Shown piece by piece: positions 28,075 to 42,058 of a DNA stretch of 64,000 nucleotides. The notes under the pieces were generated by a model. The model was given only the letters and a program-made list of their open reading frames with translations. It was not told the origin of the DNA and did not search any database. The first letter of the stretch is position 1. Each line of letters begins with the position of its first letter. Origin of the DNA: Octopus vulgaris (lineage: Eukaryota). Both the position numbers and the translations under genes were made by a program. The DNA is taken from assembly GCA_951406725.2 (NCBI GenBank), contig OX597830.1, positions 29,760,001-29,824,000 on the forward strand, written 5' to 3'.

Positions 28075-28741
28075 GTATGTATGTATTTGTGTATGCGCAT
28101 TTGTGTACGTGTTTGTGTACGATTGTAATCTTCACAGCAGCGTTTATTTCTTTCGTTATTGTGTAAGCTTATACAGATTTGTGTACGTATGTAGAAATAT
28201 GCATGTAGATACGTAATTCAGATAACAAAAATAAGGTTACACTCAGTACCAGATCCTGTAATTTAAGCGGATGCCCCAAAGATAGAACACAAATCTATTG
28301 CTGCTCTGTCATCTTGTTCTTGATGTACGTAACGTGAGGCAGTATAATTAAATAAGATGCCCAGAGAGAAATCGAAATGCCAATGTCCGGATGGAAGCGA
28401 CAATATGGACCCAAGAGCTAAGATATTTTATATTTCTCAACTTGGACATATGTAGATACGGTACAGTTTGTTGGTGCAGTGTATTTGTGTAAGTATATTT
28501 TTGTGTTAAGGGGAGAGTGAACACGTGTGTTTAAGGTAGATCTGTGTGTGTTTCAGTGTGTATGTATTTGTCTTTTCCTCTTATCTGTATCGTCTTTGTA
28601 TATAAATACATATGTGTATTAGTCCCAAGACACAGGTAATTGGTATTGCCAGTCAGATAGATGTAAAAACACATCTACTCTTCAATGCCACTTTCTCTCT
28701 CATCCTCTCTCTTACTACCTTCTTCTCTGTATTATGAATGT

Positions 28742-28807
<66 letters not shown>

Positions 28808-28951
28808 GTTATCATTTTCGTCAGGTTACTCCGACCTGTGAATAACGATAAAAGTACATGTGCCTCTGCCTCTGCAATCCATAGTCACATCTATAATCAT
28901 TTAATAAGTATTTCAGGTAATCAAAGAACTGAAAGGGTGCGCCTCTGTATA

Positions 28952-28991
<40 letters not shown>

Positions 28992-29529
28992 TTATTAAAG
29001 CCGGAAGTAACTTCACAAACTTAGGGTTTCACGTCACCGTACGTCAGTGACTACTGAACAAATATGTCTATGTATGTATGTAATATATACATTTATATAG
29101 TATTTATGTTTGTATGTAATATATACATGTATATGGTATATATGCAGCATTTATGCATGTTGCAAAAGTGCAAGTCCGTGTCATCACTTTGGGGAATGAT
29201 TTCCCTGCTTCTGTCAAGCCATTCGAAGGTTGAATATGAAAGTAGTGGTTGTGTTGCGCGAGGTGTTAGAAAAGAGCGGGGTAAATATTATATAAAAAGT
29301 CAGGCGAGCAGAGAGCAAAATATTGATAAAGAAGGGTGGAAGAATCGGAGAGGAGGAGATAGAAAGAGGTGGAAACAAGAATGATAGTACCCTAGAATAC
29401 AGAAGTTGATCAGATAATGTGAAAAAAAAAGAGATTTACGGAAAGCTGAGTATTAATACAGACGATAGTACTGAGTAAAAGAAAGAGAGTGACAGACAGA
29501 ATAAGAGAGCATTTATCATCACCTTTTTT

Positions 29530-29738
29530 TTTATTATAGGCACAAGGCTTGAAATTTACTGGCGGAGCAGGGTAATCGAATACATCGTCTACAAAGATCA
29601 ACTGGTACTTATTTCAACAACCCTGGAAGGATGAAAGGTAAAGTCGACTGTTGCGGAATTTGAACTCACAAAGTAGAGACTGACGAATGGGCATTAAGTA
29701 TCTTGTAGTGTGCTAATGATTTCGTCAGCTCGCCGACT
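29530..29738 (-). mobile_element. SINE family A, degenerate
   Basis: GGCACAAGGC..CTGGTACTTA..GGATGAAAGG..GGAATTTGAACTC..CAGCTCGCC. Confidence 0.75.
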
Positions 29739-30658
29739 TGGAAAGAGAATATATTATATCAAAATGTCTTTAGGGAATAAACTGAGAAAGGATGACATCC
29801 TCTATAGTTTAATTTTAATAGATAAAATAATGGAGCGTTATTCATACATACATACATATTCTGTAGTGTAGGATGAAATGATTCAGTAAAAATTACCACG
29901 AAGTATACGGTAGTCAGAGCATGTGTATTGCAGAGAAGCGGTCTGTTTTTTAATGTAGAAATAATAGTGATCGTAAGTAAAGCAAAAGCGTTCTTAACCA
30001 TGGTGGAAGTGCTCTAAATACAGCAAAATAATTTACACTATAATCATGTCAAAACGTGCATGAGAAATTTGAAAGATAACGGGGAGGAATATTTTGCTAG
30101 TAGTGAGCTCAGGCCATAATGTCTCAGCCTTTCTTGTAAGTGAAACATTCTCAGATTTACTGATAAACAGCTACTGGCAAGTAGACTCAATACGTAGTGA
30201 AACAAACTCCAGTCGTAAAGTAAAATACATCTGAAGTAGATCCCTATGGTGGTTTGATGTTCGTGATATCTAGCAAAAGGACGTACAACACTTTTCAAGA
30301 AGTGCATAATTGTACATTTGTGGCCAGGGTATTCCTGAAAGAGAGATGAGAACTTTGACTAATCCAGCATCTCGCAGCGCGCAACTCGTGCCCTCTTCCT
30401 CCAAATTTCGGGCCTTGTGCCTAGAGTAGAAAAAAATATATTTCCATTTGAGATGACAGGTTTGCCACGAAATGAAGAATTATTATAAACAATATCAGTC
30501 AACTGAAAAAAAATGTTTAATAAAATATCGTATATATTAATGGAATAGTATAAAGTATTTCAGTTTATCTGTGTGTCTAGTTTGCGTATGCGCATGTGTG
30601 AGTGTGACTGTGCCGATTAGTAAACATTCTAACACACATACACACACACACAATCACA

Positions 30659-30727
<69 letters not shown>

Positions 30728-30757
30728 CTGTCTGTATAGGTGTTGTCTGTATACCGA

Positions 30758-30978
30758 ATATTGGTTTCAAATTTTGGTAGAGTGTCAACACTTTCGAGTA
30801 GGGTGGGTAAGACAGTTATTTCGACACCATTGTACAATTACTACTTATTTAACCGATCCTTAAGGGATGAAAGTCAAAGTCAACCTCGGCGGAATTTGAA
30901 CTCAGAACATAAAGATAGACGAAATGTCGCTAAGCATTTTACGCAGCATGTTTCACGATTCTGCAAGGTCACCTCCTT
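30758..30978 (-). mobile_element. SINE family A, degenerate
   Basis: GGATGAAAG..CCTCGGCGGAATTTGAACTCAGAAC..GCTAAGCATTT. Confidence 0.75.
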
Positions 30979-31912
30979 GCTGTATAGCGATTATTGCTAT
31001 TTGGCTTCAAGAAATTTCAAATAATTATTTGAAAATAGTATACATGGAATTATATTGCAATTAAGATTTTATGAAAAGTTTCAGAATCGGAATTCACGCA
31101 TAATACTTTCAGTAGGTAATTAAATATTTCAAATTTGATTAGTTAATTCTGCACAAAATGGGGTGAAAGGAGATCAGTTTATTGTATACCACTATCATTA
31201 TTTAATTGGTACCCATATAAACGAATTAAGAAGTGGGGCAGAATAAAACTCACTAGGATATAAATTGAGCCAGGACATATGAGAATAACGATTCTGCCAT
31301 TATACTGCACTTAAAACTTACTTTGGTCATCTACTGAATAGTATCAAGCACTTTCACCAATAATCGTGCAGATTATTCACATAGGCAGAATAAAACAGCA
31401 TATCTTGAACTATTCCCCTTGTTCTCTGATAACATTGCGTCTCATCCCATAATTTATTTAAAGATAGATTTCGTTTGTTTCACTCAATCTCTTATCTGAT
31501 TAGCATAATAACCATGACCCTCTTGATACGGTTTTACCTTCAATGTTTTTTTTTTTTTCCTTTTTATTTTTTTCCTTTGGTGACACTGTGGATGCTTGCT
31601 ATCTGTCCATCAGTGTGTATTATTTACATATCTCAAAGGATACTTGTCGCGTTAACATATTTCTGCAGCCACTACAATGTATAATGCACACATCAGCTCT
31701 ACTCAGTCGGAATAACCAAGTTTACGCATGTTTTCTATGATTATTGAAACTTGGTTCGCCTTAAATCTTCTGTTAGAGTATGGCTTATAGCCACGCATTT
31801 CGTGTAAGTAATCTACATTGTACTTTCAAAAATATTTATTTCTAATTTTACAGATTGACAGTAAATAAAATACTTTTTTTTCCACTCGGTCATATTTTAC
31901 ATCGCAGTTTTT

Positions 31913-32331
31913 GGATCTTTTCGGTTTGAACGGCAGTTTTTTTCTAGCGGTGTCATATGAAATTGTCACCTATAATTATGACCCTAGTATCGATCTATTG
32001 CATTTCAATCTGTTTTAGGGTTAGGGTTAGGGGTGGGGGAAAGTGTATATTTTTTTTCTTCACAAATGTAAATAAACCCAATCTGTTTCTTAAACGAGGG
32101 ACATATTCATATGGCACAGAATGTTTTTTACCTCAATAGACGTCAGTGATTGGTTGAAATTGCAGAAATTGAAGAAAAAAAACAACAAATATCTTACAAA
32201 CTATAGAATTTTCTCAATAATGCCAAGACAAAAAGATGTTTTATAAACACATTCCACCAGTATACGAAGTTTAAAATTTTTTAGTTACCTAGAAATTATG
32301 TTAAAAACTGCCGTTCAAACCGAAAAGATCC
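31913..32331. mobile_element. Non-autonomous DNA transposon (Merlin-like MITE) with internal (TTAGGG)3
   Basis: Perfect 29-bp TIR GGATCTTTTCGGTTTGAACGGCAGTTTTT. 8-bp TSD CAGTTTTT (31905-31912 / 32332-32339). GG..CC termini with an 8-bp TSD fit Merlin; superfamily is inferred. Confidence 0.85.
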
Positions 32332-33084
32332 CAGTTTTTTTTACCCGAAAACTTTTCGTACTTTTCATACTATCTTACATAGCAGCTGCAAGAAGGTATG
32401 GAATTTCTGTTTTGAATTGCATACCATTTCTTTCAGTAAGAAAATAAGACATCTCCTAGAAGGATAGACTTAGGTACTTTCGAGAAAAATAGCAATACTT
32501 ATCATTTGTAAAATTTATGAGGATGTTTTCACATGAAATCGGTTATCTTTGGTCATTTTCGTTAAGTCATATGTCTTTTCACGCTGGCCTTTAACATGGA
32601 AATAACCCTTCATTAGAAAACCAAATATGCATTTAAAAAATAATAAATGCGCTCTTTTAAAGCCTAGCCAGGCTCATGGGTCCGGTTTTGGTCTTTTTGT
32701 AAAGAGCCATCTCTATAGAATTGTTTTCCTTACTGTTTGGTCTAAAATATGTTGCGGTATATTGAACGTAAGTTTTATGTTTCCTAGTTTGCAGTGTTTC
32801 ACTGTCTCTTCTTAAGGTACATCGTTTTTTATGGAATGAGATGAGATAGAAAACAGTGATCTTAGCAATTCCCGCTGTCGTTATTGCTTCTTATTGGAGT
32901 AAAGCTGGTGGTAGGCGTGTTTTTTAAAAAAAATTATTTTCTTTGTACTGCCAAAATTCATTGCTATACTGTAGATGATAGTGGGAATTCCAAGATTTTG
33001 TAAGTAAGGGTAATTCTGCGAGATTGCTAGATTCGCATATCATTCTATATGTATGTATGCATGTATGTATATACATACATACAC

Positions 33085-33204
<120 letters not shown>

Positions 33205-33728
33205 GATACGTGTATCTGTACATTTATACATTCAGAAGATGGAATAAACAGACATTAATTACAACGAAAAACAATCGCTCCTGTACAGTAGTAGCAGGTG
33301 TTACTTGTTGGGGGTTTAGTCTCATACTATTGCATAAATTATTTCATAAAAAATTAAATAAAAAACTGATCCAGCAGAAGCTTTAGACCGGCACTTCATC
33401 AGGTTGAATACTTTGAAATCGCTACTGGATCATGTTCAATTTACCATCGTTTTATATGCCTTTCCATAATTAGCTTTCTCTCTTTATTGAGTAGCTTATA
33501 TATATATTCAACCCGACACAGGTGTCTCCATGCCCATTGGATTGATTTATTTCGCATTGAGCTTGTGCTTACTCCTGCTTCTCAAGGTAAACACACACCT
33601 TCAAAATGAAATCGTGACTGGATTTTCTTCTATTTCAGTTATTTCACATTAATTTGGTTGTGCTTAAGGTCAGTTTAAGAGATAAAAGTACAGCTAGTAT
33701 ATGACTATTAGAGTTGGATTATATTTAG

Positions 33729-33799
<71 letters not shown>

Positions 33800-33904
33800 G
33801 TTAATCCAAACATGAAAACACAAAGAGAAAACATAACAACGCGAGGATGTGGAACAAGTATAGTGTTATTGGACGCTCAGGAAAGGAAAGAAATAAGAAG
33901 GAGG

Positions 33905-33908
<4 letters not shown>
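33800..33908 (-). mobile_element. 5'-truncated copy of the 21443 family, nested in (TA)n
   Basis: GTTAATCCAAAC..AACGCGAGGA(T)GTGGAACAA..GACGCTCAGGAAAG..GAAGGAGG matches 43905-44000. Confidence 0.8.
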
Positions 33909-33969
<61 letters not shown>

Positions 33970-34784
33970 TATATATATATTTATATACACATATATATAT
34001 AGACACATATATATAAATGTATATGTGTGTGTTGATGCGCAGCTAAATAAATAGATACGTACATAGATATATACTCATACAATTGCATATGTATGCCATA
34101 ATATTCTAGTAGTGATACTGACTACGACTTCCTTTTTCTCCTTATCTCTCTATCCCTATGTATGTGTATCATAAACGTTTTAGTTATTATATTTCTCATA
34201 AATATAATCAGTTGAACGAATGAGATTATTACTAATATATGTTATAGATATCGCAATTTTATTTCCATTAAATCATTATTTTTAAACAGGCCAAATACAT
34301 TTTATTGCGTACACTTTCTAATTTAGCCTTATGTCGTTCAGTATAAACAAAACACGTTTAAATGAACTATATCAAGATTTCAACGATAGACCGTAAAACA
34401 AATTTATACTATATTAGGGTTGAGTATCAGGAACGAATATTTATCATATGCTTCTCGGTAGTAATGACATGTACTACTGAATCAATTTTATATATTAATG
34501 TAGACCGCTAAAGTTAAAGTATTTCAGCTTTCTTTCAAAGAGTGTTTTAGAAAGAAATCTAGGTTTAATGATAAAGGTTCCTATCACGCAAGTTTGCCCC
34601 GTAATTTAACGAAGCCATTCACTTTCAGGTTTAAACTTCAAATTACTTTAAACACGCTGTCGTAGCAAATAAATAAAGGAAAATTTGTTATACATTTCTT
34701 TTACATTGAGCCCTTTCCAGGCGATCTACATATATTGGTTCTCCAAAAATAAGTCCATACAAATAATTGGATAACGATAAACGT

Positions 34785-35065
34785 TAAGGTCAGGCTCATG
34801 GGCCCGGTTTCCCGGTTTCTGTGGCGTATGTGTTCCCCACAGCTGGACAGGACGCCAGTCCATCGCAGCGTTACTCAAGAAACAGGAAGAGAGGGCGAGA
34901 GAAAGTCGTGGCGAAAGAGTACAACAGGGGTCGCCACCACCTCCTGCCGGAGCGCCGTGGAGGTGTTTTCGCTCAATAAACACACACAACGCGCTGTCTG
35001 GGAATCGAAACTACGATCCTCCGACCGCGAGTCCGCTGTCCTAACCATTGGACCATTGCGCCTCC
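34785..35065 (-). mobile_element. SINE family C with tail type 2
   Basis: Head and body as 4112. Tail GCTGCGATGGACTGGCGTCCTGTCCAG..CAGAAACCGGGAAACCGGGCCCATGAGCC. Confidence 0.85.
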
Positions 35066-35460
35066 ACACACAAATATTTGGCGTCAAACGAAAAAGTTAA
35101 TCAGTTTATTTGGTTTAAATTTCGAGGGTTTTTTTAATCTTAAATCTTAGCGTCTCATTCATTTTATAGAAACTTAACAGTTCTACGTCAAGAGGACATC
35201 TGGTGAAAGGACTTTTCTGCTAATCGGCAGACGGAAATGTATTGGGACATCTGTTATGGTACTGCTCATTTGACGTCACTGCTCCGACGCTGCCTTTTAA
35301 GACATTTTAAGGCTTCTCATCTTCTGCCCCATGCTCCTTTATTCTTTCTCATTCTCTGTGCTTATGTTGTTAGCACATTGCTACTTATGTGTGTAAAGAG
35401 AGGGAAAGAGTTTATGTCACTCGAGTTCAATTAATAAATTGTAATAAATCCCGTGTACTC

Positions 35461-35497
<37 letters not shown>

Positions 35498-35533
35498 TTC
35501 TGTATGTGAATATTTCTATGCAATTAGCCCATC

Positions 35534-35588
<55 letters not shown>

Positions 35589-35589
<1 letters not shown>

Positions 35590-35751
35590 GACGGGCTTCT
35601 TTTAGTTTCTGTCTACTAAATCCACTCACAAGACTTTAGTCGGCCGGAGGCTTAGGTAGAAGACACTTACCTACGGTTCCACGGTGTGGGACTGAACCTG
35701 GAACTATGTGGTTAGTAAGCAAGCTACGTACCACGCAGCCACTCCTGCGCC
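35589..35751 (-). mobile_element. SINE family B, 5' half
   Basis: Reverse complement of GGCGCAGGAGTGGCTG...AGAAGCCCGTCG, ending in (TA)n. Confidence 0.85.
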
Positions 35752-36028
35752 TAGTGAGTAACTTACACTATCACCACTCAGTTAATAACTTAAGAATCGT
35801 AAGCATTATTATTAGGGTATACAGTTATGTAACAAAGTCTCTCATCGTCAGTCAATACGAAATATGGAAGTGTGCAACGCATCCAGAAATGCATAAAATA
35901 TAGAAATATATATATATAGTGCAAATACGTGAAGATCCACACACGACGCCATATTATGTATGTTTGCATACATAGGTTTTCTGATACAAACATACACACA
36001 CACAAACACACACACACACACACACATA

Positions 36029-36082
<54 letters not shown>

Positions 36083-36841
36083 CCTGTATGTGTTTGTTTA
36101 TGTATATATTGATATATATTCAGTATGTACATATATTTTTTAGCCAGTTGAGTAAGCCAGTTTCTAAACCAGATGAAAAACAACTTCTTTGGAATTTCAC
36201 GTTAATGTGATGCTTGTGTTTGTATATATATATATGCGTGTGTGAATTAACGTGTGTGCATTTTTGTGTGTGGGTATATGGCTGTCACATAAATGTTGTC
36301 AAAATTCCAAAGAAAGAGCCTTGTTTCTTGGTTAGAAACCGGCTCTTTCTCAATTGGCAAAGAACTTTATAAAAGAAAATAGAAAATACGTACGTACATA
36401 CATTCATACATAAACGTATACCCCCCCCCACACACACACACACATACATAAGCACATACATCATATAAATATATACATCTAAATGTATATTTTCATACGT
36501 ACAAGCATATCTGCGAAACGCTGTGAGTTTAATAACTTGCAGTTTCCTTGAGGGGAAAACGCGCAAAAATACAACCATTTTAGGTTTGCTAAGTTGCATC
36601 CGTTCACATTTAGTTGACCAAGAAATGATGATTCGGAGGAAAGAAATTGGATAAAGTTAATGTTGTTAATTTTACTTCTCCTTGTAGCTTCGGGCTAAAA
36701 TTGAAGGAAATAATTAAATAAGAGGCGAGGCACGAATACGCGTTCGTTCTTTCTCTCTTTTTTCCTTCCCTCTCTTTTCTCTCTCCGAATAAGTATAGAT
36801 ATATACGTATGTATGTTTGCAAGCATTATATATGTATGTAA

Positions 36842-36889
<48 letters not shown>

Positions 36890-37136
36890 ATAGATAGAAA
36901 GATAAATATATATATATATAGATATATGTATAAATACATATATATATCTATATACATAAATAAATAAATATGCATGTGTATATATAAGCATGTACTTATA
37001 TATACATATATATGCATGCATACATTAAGTACATTTACATATAAATATACATACATGCATATATATATATAGGTGGGTGGATTTCTGTGCATATATATAT
37101 ATATTCAGATATCCATGAAAACATAAATGTGTAAAC

Positions 37137-37177
<41 letters not shown>

Positions 37178-37600
37178 TATATGTATTATACCTATATGTA
37201 TATATGTATGAGTGTGTATGTGTGTATATATGTATATGTATGTATATATGTATATATCTATAGACATACATAAAGCTATTTACATATAGATGTTTTTAAT
37301 AACAGCGAACCTTTGTTTGGCTCTATAATTTGTTAGTATATATGTAAGCTGACTTGTATTTCCATACCGATATATATATATATATATATATATGAATGTA
37401 TGTATGCATATATAAATAGTATGTGTATGTATATCCTTGTCCATTTGTATAACGCACCTATGTAACTGTTCGTTTGTATTAATGGAAGAGACTATATGGA
37501 TGTATAAAACAAAAATTCTACTACTCTCATAATCTGGCATACACTTACACTTTGATATTCTTACATATATGGACTGTCAAATTATACACCCAATCAGCTG

Positions 37601-37659
<59 letters not shown>

Positions 37660-37834
37660 ATTGCACACAAACATATACACTTCTATGTGGCATAAACTAT
37701 GTCCATTCATGCGCGATGTAAACCTTAATAGTTAGTCATTGAGAAACCGAAGCGCACTCATGGACACAGACAAAAGTTACGACATATTCTTATACGCTAT
37801 TATTGCTGTGTATATATAATTGTCATCTTTAATA

Positions 37835-38365
37835 TCTTTTGCATATATCAGTCATTAGCCCGGGGACATGCTGTGGCACTACATTGAAGTGTTTTCACTC
37901 AAATGAATCGACTCTAGTATATATCTTTCGTTAAGCTTGGTACATATTCTATCGGTTCTTTTGCAAAACCGCTATGTTTTAGGGATGTAAACATCCCAAT
38001 AACAAACACAACAGACACGAACACATACACACACACACTCTCTCTCTCTCTCTCACACACATACACACATACACATAAATGTCGGACTTCTTCCAGTTTC
38101 TGTCCACCAAATCCATCATATAAGGAGTGGTAAGTGCTTAAAGAGAGTTCGATGAAGCAGACTAGCAGACGCTTTACAGCCGGTGTTGGTGTGTTAATGT
38201 CCCATTAACTTAGTGGTTCGGCCAACGAGACGATAGAATAAACACCAGGCCTTCAAAAAGATAAGTACTGGTCGGGATTCATTCCACTAAAAATATTTCA
38301 AAGGCGGTGCCCTAGCCTGGCTTGGGTCTAATGACTGAAGCAAGTAAATGATATAAGATATAAGA
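37835..38365. mobile_element. Two degenerate family-B 3' halves, - (37835-38120) and + (38175-38365)
   Basis: Similarity to the 3' half of 46364-46828 in opposite orientations. Confidence 0.6.
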
Positions 38366-38809
38366 CTTTAAAACGGTGATGGCGGGGCACAAACTCAACA
38401 GACACGAAGACACACACACATAAACTCTACAATGTGGTGCCACAGCATGTCCTTGGCCTTTGAAACGAAGTGAAATCAACATTGAATATTGTATTATGTG
38501 ATCGTGTTCTGTTGTCAAAAGCAGGATATGTGAATTATATGAAGTCACATGAAAATCGAAAGTGCCAAAGGCCTCTTAAAACTTGTATCATCGTCACAAA
38601 ACTTAAGACAATATCTGGACTTAAAAAAGAAACATGCTGCCCGGTGTACGAATCGAACCAACGACCTAGCAATTTGTAGGCGCAGCAGCTTAACCACAAG
38701 GCCACCCGCCTTCACATATATAGATGTATGCCAATTAGAAATGATATATTGTATCGTACATTTTCACGAAGTCTCGGGGAGAGACAGCGACAGAGAGGAC
38801 AAGAGAGAA

Positions 38810-39222
38810 GGCGGCGAGCTGGCAGAAACGTTAGCACGCCAGGCGAAATGCTTAGCAGGATTTCGTCTGCCGCTACGTTCTGAGTTCAAATTCCGCCGAA
38901 GTCGACTTCGATTTCATCGTTTCGGGATCGATTAAGTACCAGTTACGCACTGGGGTCGATGTAATCGACTTAATCCGTTTGTCTGTCCTTGTTTGTCCCC
39001 TCTATGTTTAACCCCTTGTGGGTAGTAAAGAAATAGGTATTTCGTCTGCCGTTACGTTGTGAGTTGAAATTTCGCCGAGGTCGATTTTGCCTTTCATCCT
39101 TTTGGGGTCGGTTAAATAAGTACCAGTTACGCACTGGAGTCGATGCAATCGACTTAATCCCTTTGTCTGTCCTTGTTTGTCCCCTCTATATTTGGCCCCT
39201 TGTGTGCAATAAAGAAATAAGA
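38810..39222 (+). mobile_element. SINE family A with duplicated body and 13-bp TSD
   Basis: Head plus two ~170-bp bodies. AGGACAAGAGAGA at 38796-38808 and 39224-39236. Confidence 0.9.
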
Positions 39223-39475
39223 AAGGACAAGAGAGAGACAAAAATACATATTTACAAATCCTGATTGCAATACAACCTGCAAGTTGCATCTCCTTTATTT
39301 CAATGCTCATCTAAACAAAGGTTTTCATATTCAATAATGCCAAGGAAAACTTCGTGTGTGATGTCCAATATATTAACAATTTATTACTCGCTACTGTCGA
39401 TTTAATTAGTTATAATGCTATAGTTAGTTAGAAGTTCATCTTTCATTCATTATCAGCTACATGTTCTTCTTAAAT

Positions 39476-39653
39476 ATTGGTTTCGAATTTTGGTACAAGG
39501 CTAGCAATTTCAGTTACATCGACTCCCAGTATTTATCTAGTGTTTAGTTTGTCCATCCCGTAATTATGAAAGGCTAAGTCGACCTTGGAGGAATTTGAAC
39601 TCACAACGTAAAGACAGACGAAATGCCGCCAAGCATTTACCGGGCGTGTTAAC
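39476..39653 (-). mobile_element. SINE family A, degenerate
   Basis: GTCGACCTTGGAGGAATTTGAACTCACAACGTAAAGACAGACGAAATGCCGC. Confidence 0.75.
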
Positions 39654-39654
39654 A

Positions 39655-39685
<31 letters not shown>

Positions 39686-39694
39686 GTAATTGTA

Positions 39695-40276
39695 ATAGTA
39701 AGTGGCTCTCATGGCTTCTGAATGCCCTGATGTAGTACCAGTGATTGGCTCGCATGACTGTTGATCTTAACTGATTGGAAGTGTTATCATGTACATTGTC
39801 CTGTCTTGGTATAAAAGATGAGCTACTGCAAGTGTTCTGCTCAGTAACATAGATTAGTTTGTCAGTTGTTTGACCTTCACCAGTTGACCTTGTCTCTTCG
39901 TGGTTGACGATATGTGCATCTCTGATCATGATCAGAAGTAGTGGGGCAGAATGTTAACCATGTTTTGAAAAGAATTTTTGGAGTTTGAATAATTCACCTC
40001 TGGAAGCATGGGTGTTTCGTTCCACATCCTTAAACAAACCTTATTCAAGGACATTTTGAGCGGGGGGGGGGGGGGAATCAAGCTGAAGAAAATTGTAACT
40101 GGGTCCCACCTGCAAGTTCATGCGCTGTTTAACTTGATATAAGATCACCATGTAACGAACATATGGTTGTGATGCATGTGCCGAGTGTAACCTTATCAGA
40201 CGGGTAGTAATGATGGGTATATTGGGCTTCGCATATTTAATCCCAATGTCACTCTTGTGGCATTCAATGCTGTCTC

Positions 40277-40312
<36 letters not shown>
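39695..40312 (+). mobile_element. Unclassified interspersed repeat ending in (AAT)n
   Basis: 39855-39995 resembles 22545-22660 (TTGTCAGTTG..TTT(G)GAGTTTGAATAA). Bounded by (AAT)n arrays. Confidence 0.45.
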
Positions 40313-40505
40313 CCTTTCAACTATAGGCAAATAGCTTGAAATTTTGGGCCAGTGGACATACGATTACATCGACGGCAGTATTTCACTGGTTCTTAATTTA
40401 TTGACACCGAAAGGACGAAAGGCAAAATCGACCTCGGCAGAATTTGAACTCAGAACGTAAAGATGGACGAAATCTCGCTAAATACTTTGCCCGGCGCGCT
40501 AACGA
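40313..40505 (-). mobile_element. SINE family A, degenerate
   Basis: CGAAAGGACGAAAGGCAAAATCGACCTCGGCAGAATTTGAACTCAGAACG. Confidence 0.8.
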
Positions 40506-40985
40506 CTTACTCTCTATATATTTTTCCGCTTTAGGAAGGCATCGTGGACACAATTGAAATAATTTCTACATATTTTCTATGAAGGCAGTGCTCCAGCACG
40601 GCCGCAGTCAGATGAATGAAATAAGTGAAAGAATAAACGGATAAAAGGATATCGGGCCAACAATTAATGCACTGTTATCTATGCGAAACAATATTTGTAT
40701 TGATACCTTTAATATTCACGCCAGTGTCAACGTAGAACGGTAACGCTGTTGCATTTTTAGCTTTAGAGAAGTCCGTAATATCGTGTACATAAGATGATCG
40801 TATCACAATCTCGTTGTTTCAGGTCTTATCCGTCTTTTTGCGTTAAAACTTGATAAAGTGCCTTCTACCACTGCGTCTTTTCCTTTCTACTTCTTCTATT
40901 TTGCTTTCATGAATAAATATACGCTAAGTAATTATAAATACACGAGTATCAGAATCATATATTTTAATGAGTGCTAACATAGTTA

Positions 40986-41041
<56 letters not shown>

Positions 41042-41770
41042 TGAAAATGACAGAAAATTCTCTCTGGAATTGGTAAATGACTTGAAAAAAAGGAAACAAG
41101 CATTAGTTAATATGACGGAATGGTAATGAGCGGAACTCGTCCATTTCATCGCAGTTTTACTCTCTCAAGATTGACATCGAGATTTACTGGTAAGTAAGTT
41201 GGTGGGGGAAAAAAAAAGAAGCCCAAAATGTCAAAAGGTACCGGGTGTTTTCGCTGGCCGTAAACTGGGTTTAATTTTTGTTTTCCCATATTTATTGTGC
41301 ATCAAGCGCAGCAGGTCCATTACAGATGTTACTTCAGTAAAAATAGCGAGTACCACGTCCAACCGCAGTATACAAATATTAAACAGATGTGTGTTTGACA
41401 TTGGTTTCTTTTTCGCATTTAGTAATATTTAAAATAGGAATAGACACGCATATATATTTGCAGGCCTTCACATAAGAAACTAGCCCAGTCGACAGAGAAT
41501 AGGAATAGACAGAGCCGTGCGTATAGAATTCATAAAACGAAATATATCTTTTTGAACATTGCTATCATAGCTATATATTTCATTTGAACTCAAAAATTCT
41601 AATTCATCAATTAAGCATTAATTGCTCAGAGGCTGCACACTGATACGCGCACGCACACATACATACATACATACACACATACACATGCAAACAACAAACA
41701 CACATAAACACATTTGTATGTTGATATACGTGTAGATGTATGTACGTATGAATATATATGCGTGTTTATG

Positions 41771-41813
<43 letters not shown>

Positions 41814-41879
41814 GCATGCATACATACATTCACACATACAGATACATATACATATATGTATATATACATACATACGTAC

Positions 41880-41910
<31 letters not shown>

Positions 41911-42011
41911 CATATATATATATACATATATACATATATACATACATATATATATATTTATATACATATATATACATTTATATACATATATATATAAATA
42001 TATATAGGTAT

Positions 42012-42058
<47 letters not shown>

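Noticed and set aside
32015-32032. Telomere or chromosome-fusion relic
   Set aside because: Only three units, located inside a TSD-bounded MITE.
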